Positions 11,062-20,007 of a stretch of 56,179 bases of DNA are shown here, one piece after another. The notes below the pieces were generated by a model that worked only from the letters and a program-made list of their open reading frames with translations, was not told the DNA's origin and did not search any database. Position numbers and translations under genes: made by a program. Every line of letters starts with the position of its first letter. Position 1 is the stretch's first letter. Source of the DNA: Ramlibacter sp. (GTDB taxonomy: Bacteria; Pseudomonadota; Gammaproteobacteria; Burkholderiales; Burkholderiaceae_C); NCBI GenBank assembly GCA_022844525.1, contig JALHLO010000002.1:1-56179 (forward strand). The letters run 5' to 3'.

Positions 11062-11904
11062 CTAACCCAGCCTGGCGTCTTGCATGCCGGGCGTCTCGTG
11101 CGGGGCGGCGCCCGCGGCGTCCTCGCCGGCCGGCTGCGACTGGCCGGCGCGCCGGACTTGCTGGGCCCGCAGCCTGGCCTGGTCCTCCTCGTTGCGCGCC
11201 TCGTCCGACATGCCATTGAACAGCGTGCCGAGCAGGCCCTTGTCCAGGTCGCTGGTGCCGAACAGCGCATCGCAGATGGGGAAGGTGAGGTTGAAGTTGC
11301 GGGTGTGCATGAAGTCGGGGTTATGATGAAGCACATGCATGCGCCGTACCGTGTTGACCAGCGGCAGGCGGTCCAGGATCGGATGCTCGAGGTGCGATAG
11401 GGTGTGCAGGCCTTCGTACATCAGGAAGTACGACGCCATGGTCAGCATGGCGATGTACCCCGCGTTGGCCGACCACAGGCTGCCGACCAGCAGGGCCGCC
11501 GGCAGGGCCGCCAGCACGAACAGCACCGGCGCGAACGGCGGAAACAGCAGCGCGCGCCACTCCTTGTGGCCGTCGTAATCAAGCGTCTTGTGCGAGAAGA
11601 ACTGGTGGTGGGTCGCGACGTGGCGCTTGTAGGCCGGCTTGATCCAGCTCTTCGGGCTGTGCAGAAGGTAGCGGTGCCCGGCCCATTCCGCCCAGTTCCC
11701 GAACAGGAACATCGGCACCACGACGAACAGCCATTCCTGCCAGGTCGTGTCCTGCAACTGCGCTGCGCAATACCAGATCACGCCGATGGTGAATGCCAGC
11801 GTGAAACCCAGGTGCAGCTCGCCGCGGTACCAGCCGGGGGTGTCTTCCACGTACTGCTTCCTGAAGGACAGGGACCGTGCAACGATTTCCTCTTCGCGAT
11901 TCAT
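11062..11904 (-). CDS. Fatty acid hydroxylase/sterol desaturase family membrane di-iron enzyme
   Basis: Histidine boxes HRYLLH, HVATHH, HTLSH, HVLHH plus TM helices. Confidence 0.85.
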   Translation of the reverse strand: MNREEEIVARSLSFRKQYVEDTPGWYRGELHLGFTLAFTIGVIWYCAAQLQDTTWQEWLFVVVPMFLFGNWAEWAGHRYLLHSPKSWIKPAYKRHVATHHQFFSHKTLDYDGHKEWRALLFPPFAPVLFVLAALPAALLVGSLWSANAGYIAMLTMASYFLMYEGLHTLSHLEHPILDRLPLVNTVRRMHVLHHNPDFMHTRNFNLTFPICDALFGTSDLDKGLLGTLFNGMSDEARNEEDQARLRAQQVRRAGQSQPAGEDAAGAAPHETPGMQDARLG

Positions 11905-11971
11905 GGGGGCTCCTTTGATTTCGCACAGCAGTCCGGCGCGGACACGCCGGACTGGCCTTTCGGCAGTCAAT

Positions 11972-12005
11972 TAAGTACACTGCCTTAGATAAGTCTACGC
12001 GCTTA
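11972..12005. promoter_or_regulatory. Tandem putative TetR operators (2x TAAG-N8-CTTA)
   Basis: TAAGTACACTGCCTTA (11972-11987) and TAAGTCTACGCGCTTA (11990-12005) in the AT-rich divergent hydroxylase/tetR gap. Confidence 0.6.
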
Positions 12006-12012
12006 ACTAACC

Positions 12013-12690
12013 ATGTCAACCTTGAAACCAGTGCGCTCGGACGGCAGGGAAACGCAGGCCCGCATGAAGGCCGTGGCACAGCGCCTGTTCGCGCTGCACG
12101 GCATCGACGGCGTTTCGGTGGCCGACATCGTTGCGGCGGCGGGGCAGCGGAACAAGGCCTCGCTGCAGTACCACTTCGGATCGAAGGACGAATTGATCGG
12201 CGAGCTGCTGGTCGACGGCGCGCAGAAGGTGGATGCCTTCCGCCTGGCACTGCTCGACCAGATGGCGGCCGACGGCGGTCCGCGCCATGTCCGTGATGTG
12301 CTGGACGCCTTCGTCCGGCCGGTGTACCAGCTGACGGTGACCGAAGCCGAAGGCAGCACCTACCTGCGCTTCCTGTCGAACGTGCAGCTCACGCATCGCG
12401 CGCTGTTCCGCGCCTACATCGGCGCCAAGTGGAATACCGGCTATCGCCGCTGCCTCGAGCATTTCCGCCAGCTGCTGGCCCACATCCCCGCCCCGGTGCT
12501 CGAACAGCGCATGTCCCTGGTGGCGATCTACACGACTTCGGTGTTCTCGATCAAGGAAGCGCCGGCTGACGAAGCGCCCGCCTCGTCCCGCCTGTGGACG
12601 CGCAAATTCACGCTGGACAACATCCTCGACACCTTCGAGGCGATGCTGGTCTGCGCTCCTACGCCAGCGACACTGGAAAAGCTGAAGTAG
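12013..12690 (+). CDS. TetR/AcrR family transcriptional regulator
   Basis: N-terminal HTH AQRLFALHGIDGVSVADIVAAAG...LQYHFGSKDEL. Confidence 0.9.
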   Translation: MSTLKPVRSDGRETQARMKAVAQRLFALHGIDGVSVADIVAAAGQRNKASLQYHFGSKDELIGELLVDGAQKVDAFRLALLDQMAADGGPRHVRDVLDAFVRPVYQLTVTEAEGSTYLRFLSNVQLTHRALFRAYIGAKWNTGYRRCLEHFRQLLAHIPAPVLEQRMSLVAIYTTSVFSIKEAPADEAPASSRLWTRKFTLDNILDTFEAMLVCAPTPATLEKLK

Positions 12691-13539
12691 TCAATACACC
12701 TGCACCACGCGCCGGTACTCGCTGGGCGTCACTCCGACCTGGCCGCGGATGAAGCGCGTGAAGTGGCCCTGGTCGGCAAAACCCAGGTCTTCCGCGAGGC
12801 GCCCGAGGCTGGTTCTATCGTCCGCCTGCGCCAGCCGCCGGCAGGCGGTTTCGGCGCGCAAGGTGTTGACGTAGACGTGCGGTGTCATCCCGGTGCAGCG
12901 GCGAAAGCGCACGAAGAACTGCGCGCGCGACAGATGCGCGGAGGCGGCCAGCCGGTCCGCATCCAGCGGCTGGCCCAGGTGCTCGCCGATGTGGCTGAGC
13001 GCGCGCTGGATGCGCGAATCGGGCAGTCGCAGCCCTTCCGGCCGCATCAGGTCCTGAATGCTCTCCCATGCCGAGAACTGTTCGCTGACCGCCAGCATCA
13101 GGTCGAACAACGCGCTCTCCAGGCGCGCCTGCTTCATCGGGATCGGCGACATCAGATCCCCGATCAGGTCGTCCGCCAGCTTGCGGATGCGCGGAGTGAT
13201 CTGGACGCAGGGCCGCGGGAAGAACCGGGGATGGGCCGCCAGGCGCAGCGGGTCGTACAGCGTCGCCAGCCACCTGGGTTCGATGTACAGCGCCAGGTAG
13301 ACGGTGCGCGGAAAGTCCGGTTCGCTGTAGAAGTAATGCGGCTCCCAGGCATTCACCAGGATGGCGGTGCGGTCGGTGACCGGCAGCCGCTCCTCGCTGA
13401 CGTAGAAGGCGGAGTCGGCGCCGCTGGCCTTGAAGATCACGTGGCACTGCGAGTGCGCATGCGAAACCAGCGGGCTATCCATGTCGAGCAGTGCCAGGCG
13501 ACCGAATTCGCCCTGCGCGATCCTGAGTGCTGTCGTCAT
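12691..13539 (-). CDS. AraC family transcriptional regulator (copy 1)
   Basis: N-terminal cupin-like HAH motif; C-terminal LGFADQGHFTR..GVTPSEYR. Confidence 0.92.
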   Translation of the reverse strand: MTTALRIAQGEFGRLALLDMDSPLVSHAHSQCHVIFKASGADSAFYVSEERLPVTDRTAILVNAWEPHYFYSEPDFPRTVYLALYIEPRWLATLYDPLRLAAHPRFFPRPCVQITPRIRKLADDLIGDLMSPIPMKQARLESALFDLMLAVSEQFSAWESIQDLMRPEGLRLPDSRIQRALSHIGEHLGQPLDADRLAASAHLSRAQFFVRFRRCTGMTPHVYVNTLRAETACRRLAQADDRTSLGRLAEDLGFADQGHFTRFIRGQVGVTPSEYRRVVQVY

Positions 13540-13621
13540 CGATCCTCCTGAAGGAACATCGCCGTCGACGAAGCGGTGAGTCTCAACCTGGTCGTCGCTT
13601 CACTGATGCGGCTGTTCGGTG

Positions 13622-14116
13622 CTATGGATCCCATGGCCAGCAGGGATTGGCGTACTGCATGCGGCTTTCCCGCTTCAGGTGGCCCACCACGTTCTCCGGG
13701 GTGCGGGGCCGGGGGCATGCCTGGGAGGAAAGCCAGTCACAGAGCGCGTACAACTCGGCCTGCTCGGCGTCCAGTTCCGCCCGGGCGATGTGGGCACGAA
13801 GTGCCTGCACGCTTTCCTCCTGACCTGGAGCGAAGCCGGACGGATCCTTCAGGGCCCGGCGCAGTCGCCGCAGGGGCAAGATCACTTCGGAGCGCCAACC
13901 GGCGACCTGCGATCCGGCGGCGGCGACTTCGTCCGGCGTGAGCGATCGTGCGAGCCGCAGGGCCGAGTACTCCTGGAACAAGTGCAGCACGATGTCCAGC
14001 CCCTGCTCATCCTGCAGTGCATGGAGACGCTTCGACTCGTCCGGCGTCAGGTCGCGATAGCGTGCCACGATGAAGTCCCACGCATCCTGCTTGCTGACGG
14101 GTCTTCCATCGGTCAT
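13622..14116 (-). CDS. TIGR02444/DUF2390-like protein
   Basis: WDF...Y, LQDEQGLDI..LF, WR..VI.PLR.LRR.LK, EL.AE..E pattern of this family; start uncertain. Confidence 0.65.
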   Translation of the reverse strand: MTDGRPVSKQDAWDFIVARYRDLTPDESKRLHALQDEQGLDIVLHLFQEYSALRLARSLTPDEVAAAGSQVAGWRSEVILPLRRLRRALKDPSGFAPGQEESVQALRAHIARAELDAEQAELYALCDWLSSQACPRPRTPENVVGHLKRESRMQYANPCWPWDP

Positions 14117-14147
14117 GGGAGGCAGCACTGTCGAAACCGGCCGACGT

Positions 14148-14954
14148 TCAGGAGCCGATGAACTTGGGATTGCGCTTGCCGTGGAAGGCCTCGACGCCCT
14201 CGCGGAAGTCATCGGAGCTGCGCAGCCGGCTGTAGCAATGTCCTTCCAGCTCGATGGCCACGGTCAGCGTGGAGTCTTCGGTGTCGTTCAGCAGCTTCTT
14301 GGCGGTGCGTTGCGCGATCGGCGAGAAGGCGCGCAGCTCGTCGACCAGGCGATCGGTGGCCGCTTCCAGCTCCGCATCGGGCACGCATTCGGTGGCCACG
14401 CCCCACTCGTAGGCCTGCTGGCCCGGAATGCGGCGCGAGCGCATCACGATGTCCTTGGTGCGGGTGATGCCCACCATCTTTTGCAGGCGGGCCGATCCGC
14501 CGGAGCCGGGGATCTGGCCCAGTTTCTGTTCGGGCAGGGCGTAGCGCGTGGTTTCGGTCACCAGCCGGAAGTCGCAGGCCAGCGAAATCTCGAAGCCGAC
14601 ACCGAAGCAGTAGCCGCGGTTGGCGGCGATCACGGGCTTGCTGCAGCGCGCGGGCGCGGCGATGTTCCAGGCCAGCTTGGAAACGTGCTCCGGCGAGGCT
14701 TCCAGGAAGCCCTTGATGTCGCCCCCGCTGGAGAAGTGCTCGCCTTGCGCGCGCAGCACGATCACCCGCACGGCCGGGTTCTCGTCCAGGGATTCGAACA
14801 CCAGGCGCAACTGGTCGCGCTGGGCCATGGAGATGATGTTGTAGGGCGGGCGGTGCAGCACGACATCGGCGCGCTCGCGCGCGGCGTCGATCTGGACGCT
14901 GAAGCCGTCCAGTTGGTCCAGCAGGGTTTGGGCGGGGTGGGTCAGTCGGGTCAT
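14148..14954 (-). CDS. hmfE: Crotonase-family 2-oxoglutaroyl-CoA hydrolase, HmfE-like (copy 1)
   Basis: FSSGGDI, KPVIAA.RGYCFGVGFE..LACDFR, PEQKLGQIPGSGG; located in the hmf operon. Confidence 0.82.
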   Translation of the reverse strand: MTRLTHPAQTLLDQLDGFSVQIDAARERADVVLHRPPYNIISMAQRDQLRLVFESLDENPAVRVIVLRAQGEHFSSGGDIKGFLEASPEHVSKLAWNIAAPARCSKPVIAANRGYCFGVGFEISLACDFRLVTETTRYALPEQKLGQIPGSGGSARLQKMVGITRTKDIVMRSRRIPGQQAYEWGVATECVPDAELEAATDRLVDELRAFSPIAQRTAKKLLNDTEDSTLTVAIELEGHCYSRLRSSDDFREGVEAFHGKRNPKFIGS

Positions 14955-14994
14955 GGCAGGGCTCTCGGGGAAACGATGGAAGTGCGAAGGAGAT

Positions 14995-15609
14995 TCAGGG
15001 ATTGGGCATGCGCACCAGGGCGGCCGGCTCGGGCCGGCGCAGGCCCTCCCAGCGTTTGACGAGATCGCTGTGATCCACGTCGAACAGGTCCAGCACGCGG
15101 CCGACGGTGTGGTCGACCACGTCGGCTAGCGACGCGGGGCGGACGTAGAACGCCGGCACGGGCGGGAACACGATGGCGCCCATCTCGGTCACGGCGACCA
15201 TGTTGCGCAGGTGCGCCAGGTTCAGCGGCGTCTCGCGCGCCAGCAGCACCAGGCGGCGCCGTTCCTTCAGCACCACGTCGGCGGCGCGGCTGACCAGGTT
15301 GTCGCCCAGCCCATGCGCGATGCCGGCCAGTGTCTTCATCGAGCAGGGCGCCACCACCATGCCGGCGGTGCGGAAGGAGCCGCTGGAGACGGCGGCGCCG
15401 ATGTCCTTGACGCTGTGCACCTCGTCGGCCAGGGCCTCGATCTCGCTGCGCTTGAGGTCCACCTCCTGGGCGGCGGTGAGCGCGCCGGAGGCGGACAGCA
15501 CCAGGTGCGTCTCCCACTCGGGCAGCGTGCGCAGCACCTGCAGCAGGCGGATGCCGTAGATGGCCCCACTGGCGCCGGTGATCGCCACGATCAGGCGCTT
15601 GCGGGTCAT
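14995..15609 (-). CDS. ubiX: Flavin prenyltransferase UbiX (HmfG-like)
   Basis: VAITGASGAIYG, SSGS, PCSMKTL, RAADVVLKERR, RETPL. Confidence 0.95.
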   Translation of the reverse strand: MTRKRLIVAITGASGAIYGIRLLQVLRTLPEWETHLVLSASGALTAAQEVDLKRSEIEALADEVHSVKDIGAAVSSGSFRTAGMVVAPCSMKTLAGIAHGLGDNLVSRAADVVLKERRRLVLLARETPLNLAHLRNMVAVTEMGAIVFPPVPAFYVRPASLADVVDHTVGRVLDLFDVDHSDLVKRWEGLRRPEPAALVRMPNP

Positions 15610-17084
15610 CCCTGCACCTTGCCGGTCGCGAAGTCGACGCGGGCCGAGGTGTCGATCAGCGCGGCCAGGTCCTCGGTGTCCTCGCCCGGCACGCGCACCT
15701 TGGTGAAGACGTGCTCGTGGTAGACCACCGGCCGGGTGGCGTCCAGGCCCATCTTGGCGCTGATGCCCTGCAGGTGGGACGGCGGCGCGGTGTTCTCGCC
15801 GAATTGCTGGCCCACCGTGGTGGAGGGATCGAGCACCGAGCCTTGCGCCCCGGCGATCACGACCAGGTCCCGGTCCGCCTGGAAGCGCGTGGCCACCGCC
15901 CATTCCACCTGCAGCGGGTCGTGCACCTCCACGTCGTCGTCCACCACCACCACCTGCTTGATGTCGTAATGGGCGCCGAAGGCGGCGCAGATCACGTTCT
16001 TGGGCTGGCCTTCGTGGGTCTTCCTGATCTTGACGAACAGGTGGTAGCGGCCGACGCCGCCGATCGACAGGTGGACGTCCAGCACGTTGGGAAAGCTGCG
16101 CTGCAGGTGGGCCAGCAGCGTCGCCTCGCGCGGGATGGAGCCCAGCAGGAGGTGCTCCATCTCCGCGGGCACGATGGTGTGGAAGACCGGGTCGCGGCGA
16201 TGGGTGATGCAGTCCACCTCGATCACCTCGCGGTGCTCCCGCGCGCTGTAGTACTTGGGGAACTCGCCAAAGGGGCCTTCCAGCTCCTTCACGCCCGGCA
16301 GGATGCGTCCTTCGATCACCACCTCGGCGTCGGCCGGCACGCGCACTTCACTGGTGAGGCACCGGGCCACCCGCAGCGGCGCGCCGTGCAGGGCGCCTGC
16401 GATCTCCAGCTCGTCGCAATCGAGCGGGGCGATGGCCTGCGAGGCCAGCAGCGTGAGCGGATCGACGCCGATCGCCACCGCCACTTCCAGCGGCTGGTTG
16501 CGCGCTTCGGCCTCCTTGTAGAAGGCCCAGAGGTGGCGCGGCAGCATCAGGATGGCCATGCGCTCCTTGGAGTGGACCTGGATCCGGTTGATCGAGACGT
16601 TCTGCACCCCCGTCTTCGGATTGCGGGCGATCACCAGGCCGGCGGTGATGTAGGGGCCGTTGTCGTGCTCGCTGTGGGTGGGGATGGGCAGCACCTGGCG
16701 CGGATCGACGTCCTTGTGCACCACCTGCTGGCAAAGCGCCTCGCCCGTCGGCACTTCCCGCCAGGGCAGCGGGTTCTCGGCGGCGTGCCGAAAGCGCTGC
16801 AGCAGTTGCGACTCGGGCACGCCCATGGCTTCGGCGATCCAGCCGCGGCGCGACATGAAGCCCGAAACCACCGGCATGTCATGCCCGCCGGGCCGGGGAA
16901 AATAGGCCGCCTGCCGGCCGTCGAGCCGCTTGGCGATGGCGGCCAGCTGGTGTTCCAGCTTCACGCCTTCGCGCATGACGGCCAGGCGGCCGGTGTCGGA
17001 CAGGTGGGCGAGCCAGCGCCGCAGGTCGGTGGAGAGGGCGGGGGCGGAGGTGGTCATGGGCGTGCGGGGTGGAGGGGCGTTCAT
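15606..17084 (-). CDS. hmfF: UbiD-family prFMN decarboxylase, 2,5-furandicarboxylate decarboxylase HmfF-like
   Basis: YITAG, EGPFGEF, VVVVDDDV, VEWAVATR, KMGLDAT; translationally coupled to hmfD and ubiX. Confidence 0.85.
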   Translation of the reverse strand: MNAPPPRTPMTTSAPALSTDLRRWLAHLSDTGRLAVMREGVKLEHQLAAIAKRLDGRQAAYFPRPGGHDMPVVSGFMSRRGWIAEAMGVPESQLLQRFRHAAENPLPWREVPTGEALCQQVVHKDVDPRQVLPIPTHSEHDNGPYITAGLVIARNPKTGVQNVSINRIQVHSKERMAILMLPRHLWAFYKEAEARNQPLEVAVAIGVDPLTLLASQAIAPLDCDELEIAGALHGAPLRVARCLTSEVRVPADAEVVIEGRILPGVKELEGPFGEFPKYYSAREHREVIEVDCITHRRDPVFHTIVPAEMEHLLLGSIPREATLLAHLQRSFPNVLDVHLSIGGVGRYHLFVKIRKTHEGQPKNVICAAFGAHYDIKQVVVVDDDVEVHDPLQVEWAVATRFQADRDLVVIAGAQGSVLDPSTTVGQQFGENTAPPSHLQGISAKMGLDATRPVVYHEHVFTKVRVPGEDTEDLAALIDTSARVDFATGKVQG

Positions 17085-18658
17085 GCGGAACGGTTCTCGC
17101 CGGCCTGCAGGGGCGTGTACTCGCCGGCCACGAGCTTGCGGCGCAGCACCTTGCCGACCGGGGACTTGGGGATCTCGGCGACGAACACGTACTCGCGCGG
17201 CCGCTTGAAGTTGGGCAGGTCGGAGCTGCGGCAGTGGGCGTCCAGCGCCTGCGCATCCAGCGACGCGCCGCCGTCGCGGGTGGTGACGAAGGCCACGACG
17301 CGCTGTCCCCAGCGCTCGTCCGACAGGCCGGCCACGGCCACTTCGCCGACGCCGGGGCACAGGGAGATGACGGACTCGATGTCGACCGGCGAGATGTTCT
17401 CGCCGCCGCTGATGATCATGTCGTCCACCCGGCCGGTGACGAACAGGTCGCCGTCCTCGTCGAGGTAGCCGGTGTCGCCGGTGAAGTACCAGCCATCGCG
17501 CAGCGACTTGGCGTTGGCGTCCTCGCGTTTCCAGTAGCCCTCGAAGGCTTCGTCGCCGCGCAGGTCGGCGATGACCTGGCCCTCCACCCCGGGACCCACG
17601 CGGTCGTCGACGTCGGTGGCGTCCAGGCGCACCACGCGCAGCCGGGTGTTGATGCCGGCGCGGCCGGCGCTGCCGGGCTTGTCCAGCGCCTGCTGGTCGA
17701 TCGAGAAGGTGTACACCTCCGAGGAGCCGTAGTGGTTGACGAAGAGCTCGGGCTCGAAGGCCGCCTGCAGGCGCTTGAGCAGCGCGTCGTGCATGGGGGC
17801 GCCGGCAAAGCCCAGCTTCTTCACCGAGGCGATGTCGGGGCCGGGGCCGCTGCCGTGCCCGGAGCGCTCGCGCTGCGTCAGCAGGTCGTGGTAGAGCGTG
17901 GGCACCAGGTACAGGCAGGTCAGGCGCTCGGCCTCGATCAGGGCCAGCGCGCCCTGCGTGTCGAAGCGGGGCATGCACACGAACACGCCGTCGACCAGCG
18001 CCATGGCGAGCAGGGAGCGCACGCCCATCGTGTGGTACAGGGGCATCACGCCCAGCGTGCGTTCGCCGCGGCGGTAGAGGTTCTGCGCCACGTGCGCCAG
18101 CGCCGCGGCGCGCTCCTGCCGGTGGCGGCGCGGCACGCCCTTGGGCTTGCCGGTGGTGCCCGAGGTGTAGAGCATCAGCGACAGGTCCTCGGCATCGGCC
18201 GCGGCCTGCAGGGGCGACGCCGGGCCGGCCAGCAGGGCCTCCCAATCGCAGGTGGCATCCTTGCCTTCGAGCGGGCCGACGCCGATGCGCGGCAGCTCGC
18301 GCGCGCCGCCGCTGGCACGGGTGGCCTCCTCGCTGGAGGCGTCGAAGAACACGGCCTTGACCTCGGCGTCGGCCAGGCAGTAGTCGATCTCCTCGGCCTT
18401 GGCGCGCCAGTTCAGCGGCACGATCACCGCGCCCAGGAACTGGCAGGCCCAGTGCAGCGTGGCCGCCTGGTGGCGGTTCTGCAGCAGCGACAGCAGCCGG
18501 TCGCCCCGGCCCAGTCCCAGGCGCTGCAGGCCGGCCACGGTGCGGGCGATCTGCTCGTGCCACTGCGCATAGGTGAGGCGCACGCCGCTGTCCACCAGGG
18601 CGAGCGCGTGCGGGCTGCGTTCGACGCTTTGCAGGAAGGTCGTACCGAGGTCGAGCAT
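17081..18658 (-). CDS. hmfD: 2-furoate--CoA ligase, HmfD-like
   Basis: YTSGTTGKPKG AMP-binding loop, HYGSSE, FTGD, GRVDDMIISGGENI; follows hmfABC. Confidence 0.85.
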   Translation of the reverse strand: MLDLGTTFLQSVERSPHALALVDSGVRLTYAQWHEQIARTVAGLQRLGLGRGDRLLSLLQNRHQAATLHWACQFLGAVIVPLNWRAKAEEIDYCLADAEVKAVFFDASSEEATRASGGARELPRIGVGPLEGKDATCDWEALLAGPASPLQAAADAEDLSLMLYTSGTTGKPKGVPRRHRQERAAALAHVAQNLYRRGERTLGVMPLYHTMGVRSLLAMALVDGVFVCMPRFDTQGALALIEAERLTCLYLVPTLYHDLLTQRERSGHGSGPGPDIASVKKLGFAGAPMHDALLKRLQAAFEPELFVNHYGSSEVYTFSIDQQALDKPGSAGRAGINTRLRVVRLDATDVDDRVGPGVEGQVIADLRGDEAFEGYWKREDANAKSLRDGWYFTGDTGYLDEDGDLFVTGRVDDMIISGGENISPVDIESVISLCPGVGEVAVAGLSDERWGQRVVAFVTTRDGGASLDAQALDAHCRSSDLPNFKRPREYVFVAEIPKSPVGKVLRRKLVAGEYTPLQAGENRSA

Positions 18659-18661
18659 GGA

Positions 18662-19180
18662 TCAGTCTCCGTTATGGGGGGCCGCCGCCTGGCGGCGCAG
18701 CGACGCGGTTTCGAGCACCGCCGCCACGATGGGCGTGTAGCCGGTGCAGCGGCAAAGATGGCCCGAGAGCATGTCGCGCACCTGGGCTTCGCTGGGATCC
18801 GGGACGCGCTTCAGGTAGTCGTCGCAGCTCATGAGGATGCCGGCGGTGCAGAAGCCGCACTGCAGGGCGTGGTGCCGCTTGAAGGCCTGCTGCAGGTCGG
18901 ACATCGGCCCGTCCGCATCGCACAGGCCTTCGACCGTGTCGACGCGGCGGCCGTCGACCTGCAGCGCCAGCGTCAGGCAGGAGCGGCCGGCCACGCCGTC
19001 GATCTGCACGGTGCAGGCACCGCACACGCCGTGCTCGCAGCCCACGTGCGTGCCGGTCGCGCCCAGCCCTTCGCGCAGGAAGTCGGACAGCAGCATGCGC
19101 GGCTCGCAGGCAGCGCTGCGGGCGGCGCCGTTGAGCGTCAGGTGCACGGTGTGCTGGTGGTCGCGGCTGCAGTGTTTCAT
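18662..19180 (-). CDS. hmfC: 2-furoyl-CoA dehydrogenase 2Fe-2S subunit, HmfC-like
   Basis: GCEHGVCGAC, QCGFCT, LCRCTGY motifs. Confidence 0.85.
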   Translation of the reverse strand: MKHCSRDHQHTVHLTLNGAARSAACEPRMLLSDFLREGLGATGTHVGCEHGVCGACTVQIDGVAGRSCLTLALQVDGRRVDTVEGLCDADGPMSDLQQAFKRHHALQCGFCTAGILMSCDDYLKRVPDPSEAQVRDMLSGHLCRCTGYTPIVAAVLETASLRRQAAAPHNGD

Positions 19181-20007
19181 CGGGAGGTCTCCGTGACTTG
19201 GGCGATCACCTGCGCGCCGAGCTGGCGCACGAGGTGGCGGCGGAAGGTGGCGCTGGCATGCGCGTCGTCCTGGGCTTCGAGTTCCCAGGCGAAGTCGTTG
19301 AGGGCGCTGTCCAGCTCGGCGCCGCGCAGGCCGGCCGGCCACTGCGCCAGGCGCGGCCGGTCCGACACCCCGCCGATGGCGAGGCGAAGGCCGCGCGCGT
19401 CGCACACGGCGGCCGCCGAAACGATGGCGAAGTCGCCATGGCGGGCCGAGAACTCGGTGAAGGCGGTGCGCTGGCCCGGCTGGGCCAGCGGGAAGCGCAC
19501 CTGCTCGACCAGTTCGTCGGGCGCGCGCGCCGTCATCAGCATGCCCTGGAAGAACTCGGCCGCGGGCAGGGTGCGGCGCTTCCTGGCATTGCGCAGCACC
19601 ACCTCGCCGCCCAGCGCCAGCAGCACCAGCGGGATCTCGGCGCTGGGGTCGGCGTGGGCCACCGAGCCGCACACGGTGCCGCGGTTGCGCACCTGGAAAT
19701 GCGAGATGAAGGGGAAGGCCTGCGAAAGCAGCGGCACTTCCCGGGCCAGGGTCGGGCGCCATTCCACGCTCGCTTGCGTGGCCGCCGCCCCCACCGCCAG
19801 CATGCCGCCGTCGCTGCGCACGAAGTCCAGTTCGTCGGTGCGCGAGATGTCGATCAGCACACTGGGCTGCGCCAGCCGCATGTTGAGCACGGCCATCAGC
19901 GACTGGCCGCCGGCCAGGATCCGCGCCTCGGAGCCGAGCGCCTTGAGCTGTTGCACGGCTTCGTCGGCGGTTTCGGCGCGCACGTAGTCGAAGGCCGCCG
20001 GCTTCAT
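19177..20007 (-). CDS. hmfB: 2-furoyl-CoA dehydrogenase FAD subunit, HmfB-like
   Basis: MKPAAFDY, AGGQSL, RNRGTVCGSVAHADPSAE, RHGDFA. Confidence 0.85.
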   Translation of the reverse strand: MKPAAFDYVRAETADEAVQQLKALGSEARILAGGQSLMAVLNMRLAQPSVLIDISRTDELDFVRSDGGMLAVGAAATQASVEWRPTLAREVPLLSQAFPFISHFQVRNRGTVCGSVAHADPSAEIPLVLLALGGEVVLRNARKRRTLPAAEFFQGMLMTARAPDELVEQVRFPLAQPGQRTAFTEFSARHGDFAIVSAAAVCDARGLRLAIGGVSDRPRLAQWPAGLRGAELDSALNDFAWELEAQDDAHASATFRRHLVRQLGAQVIAQVTETSR

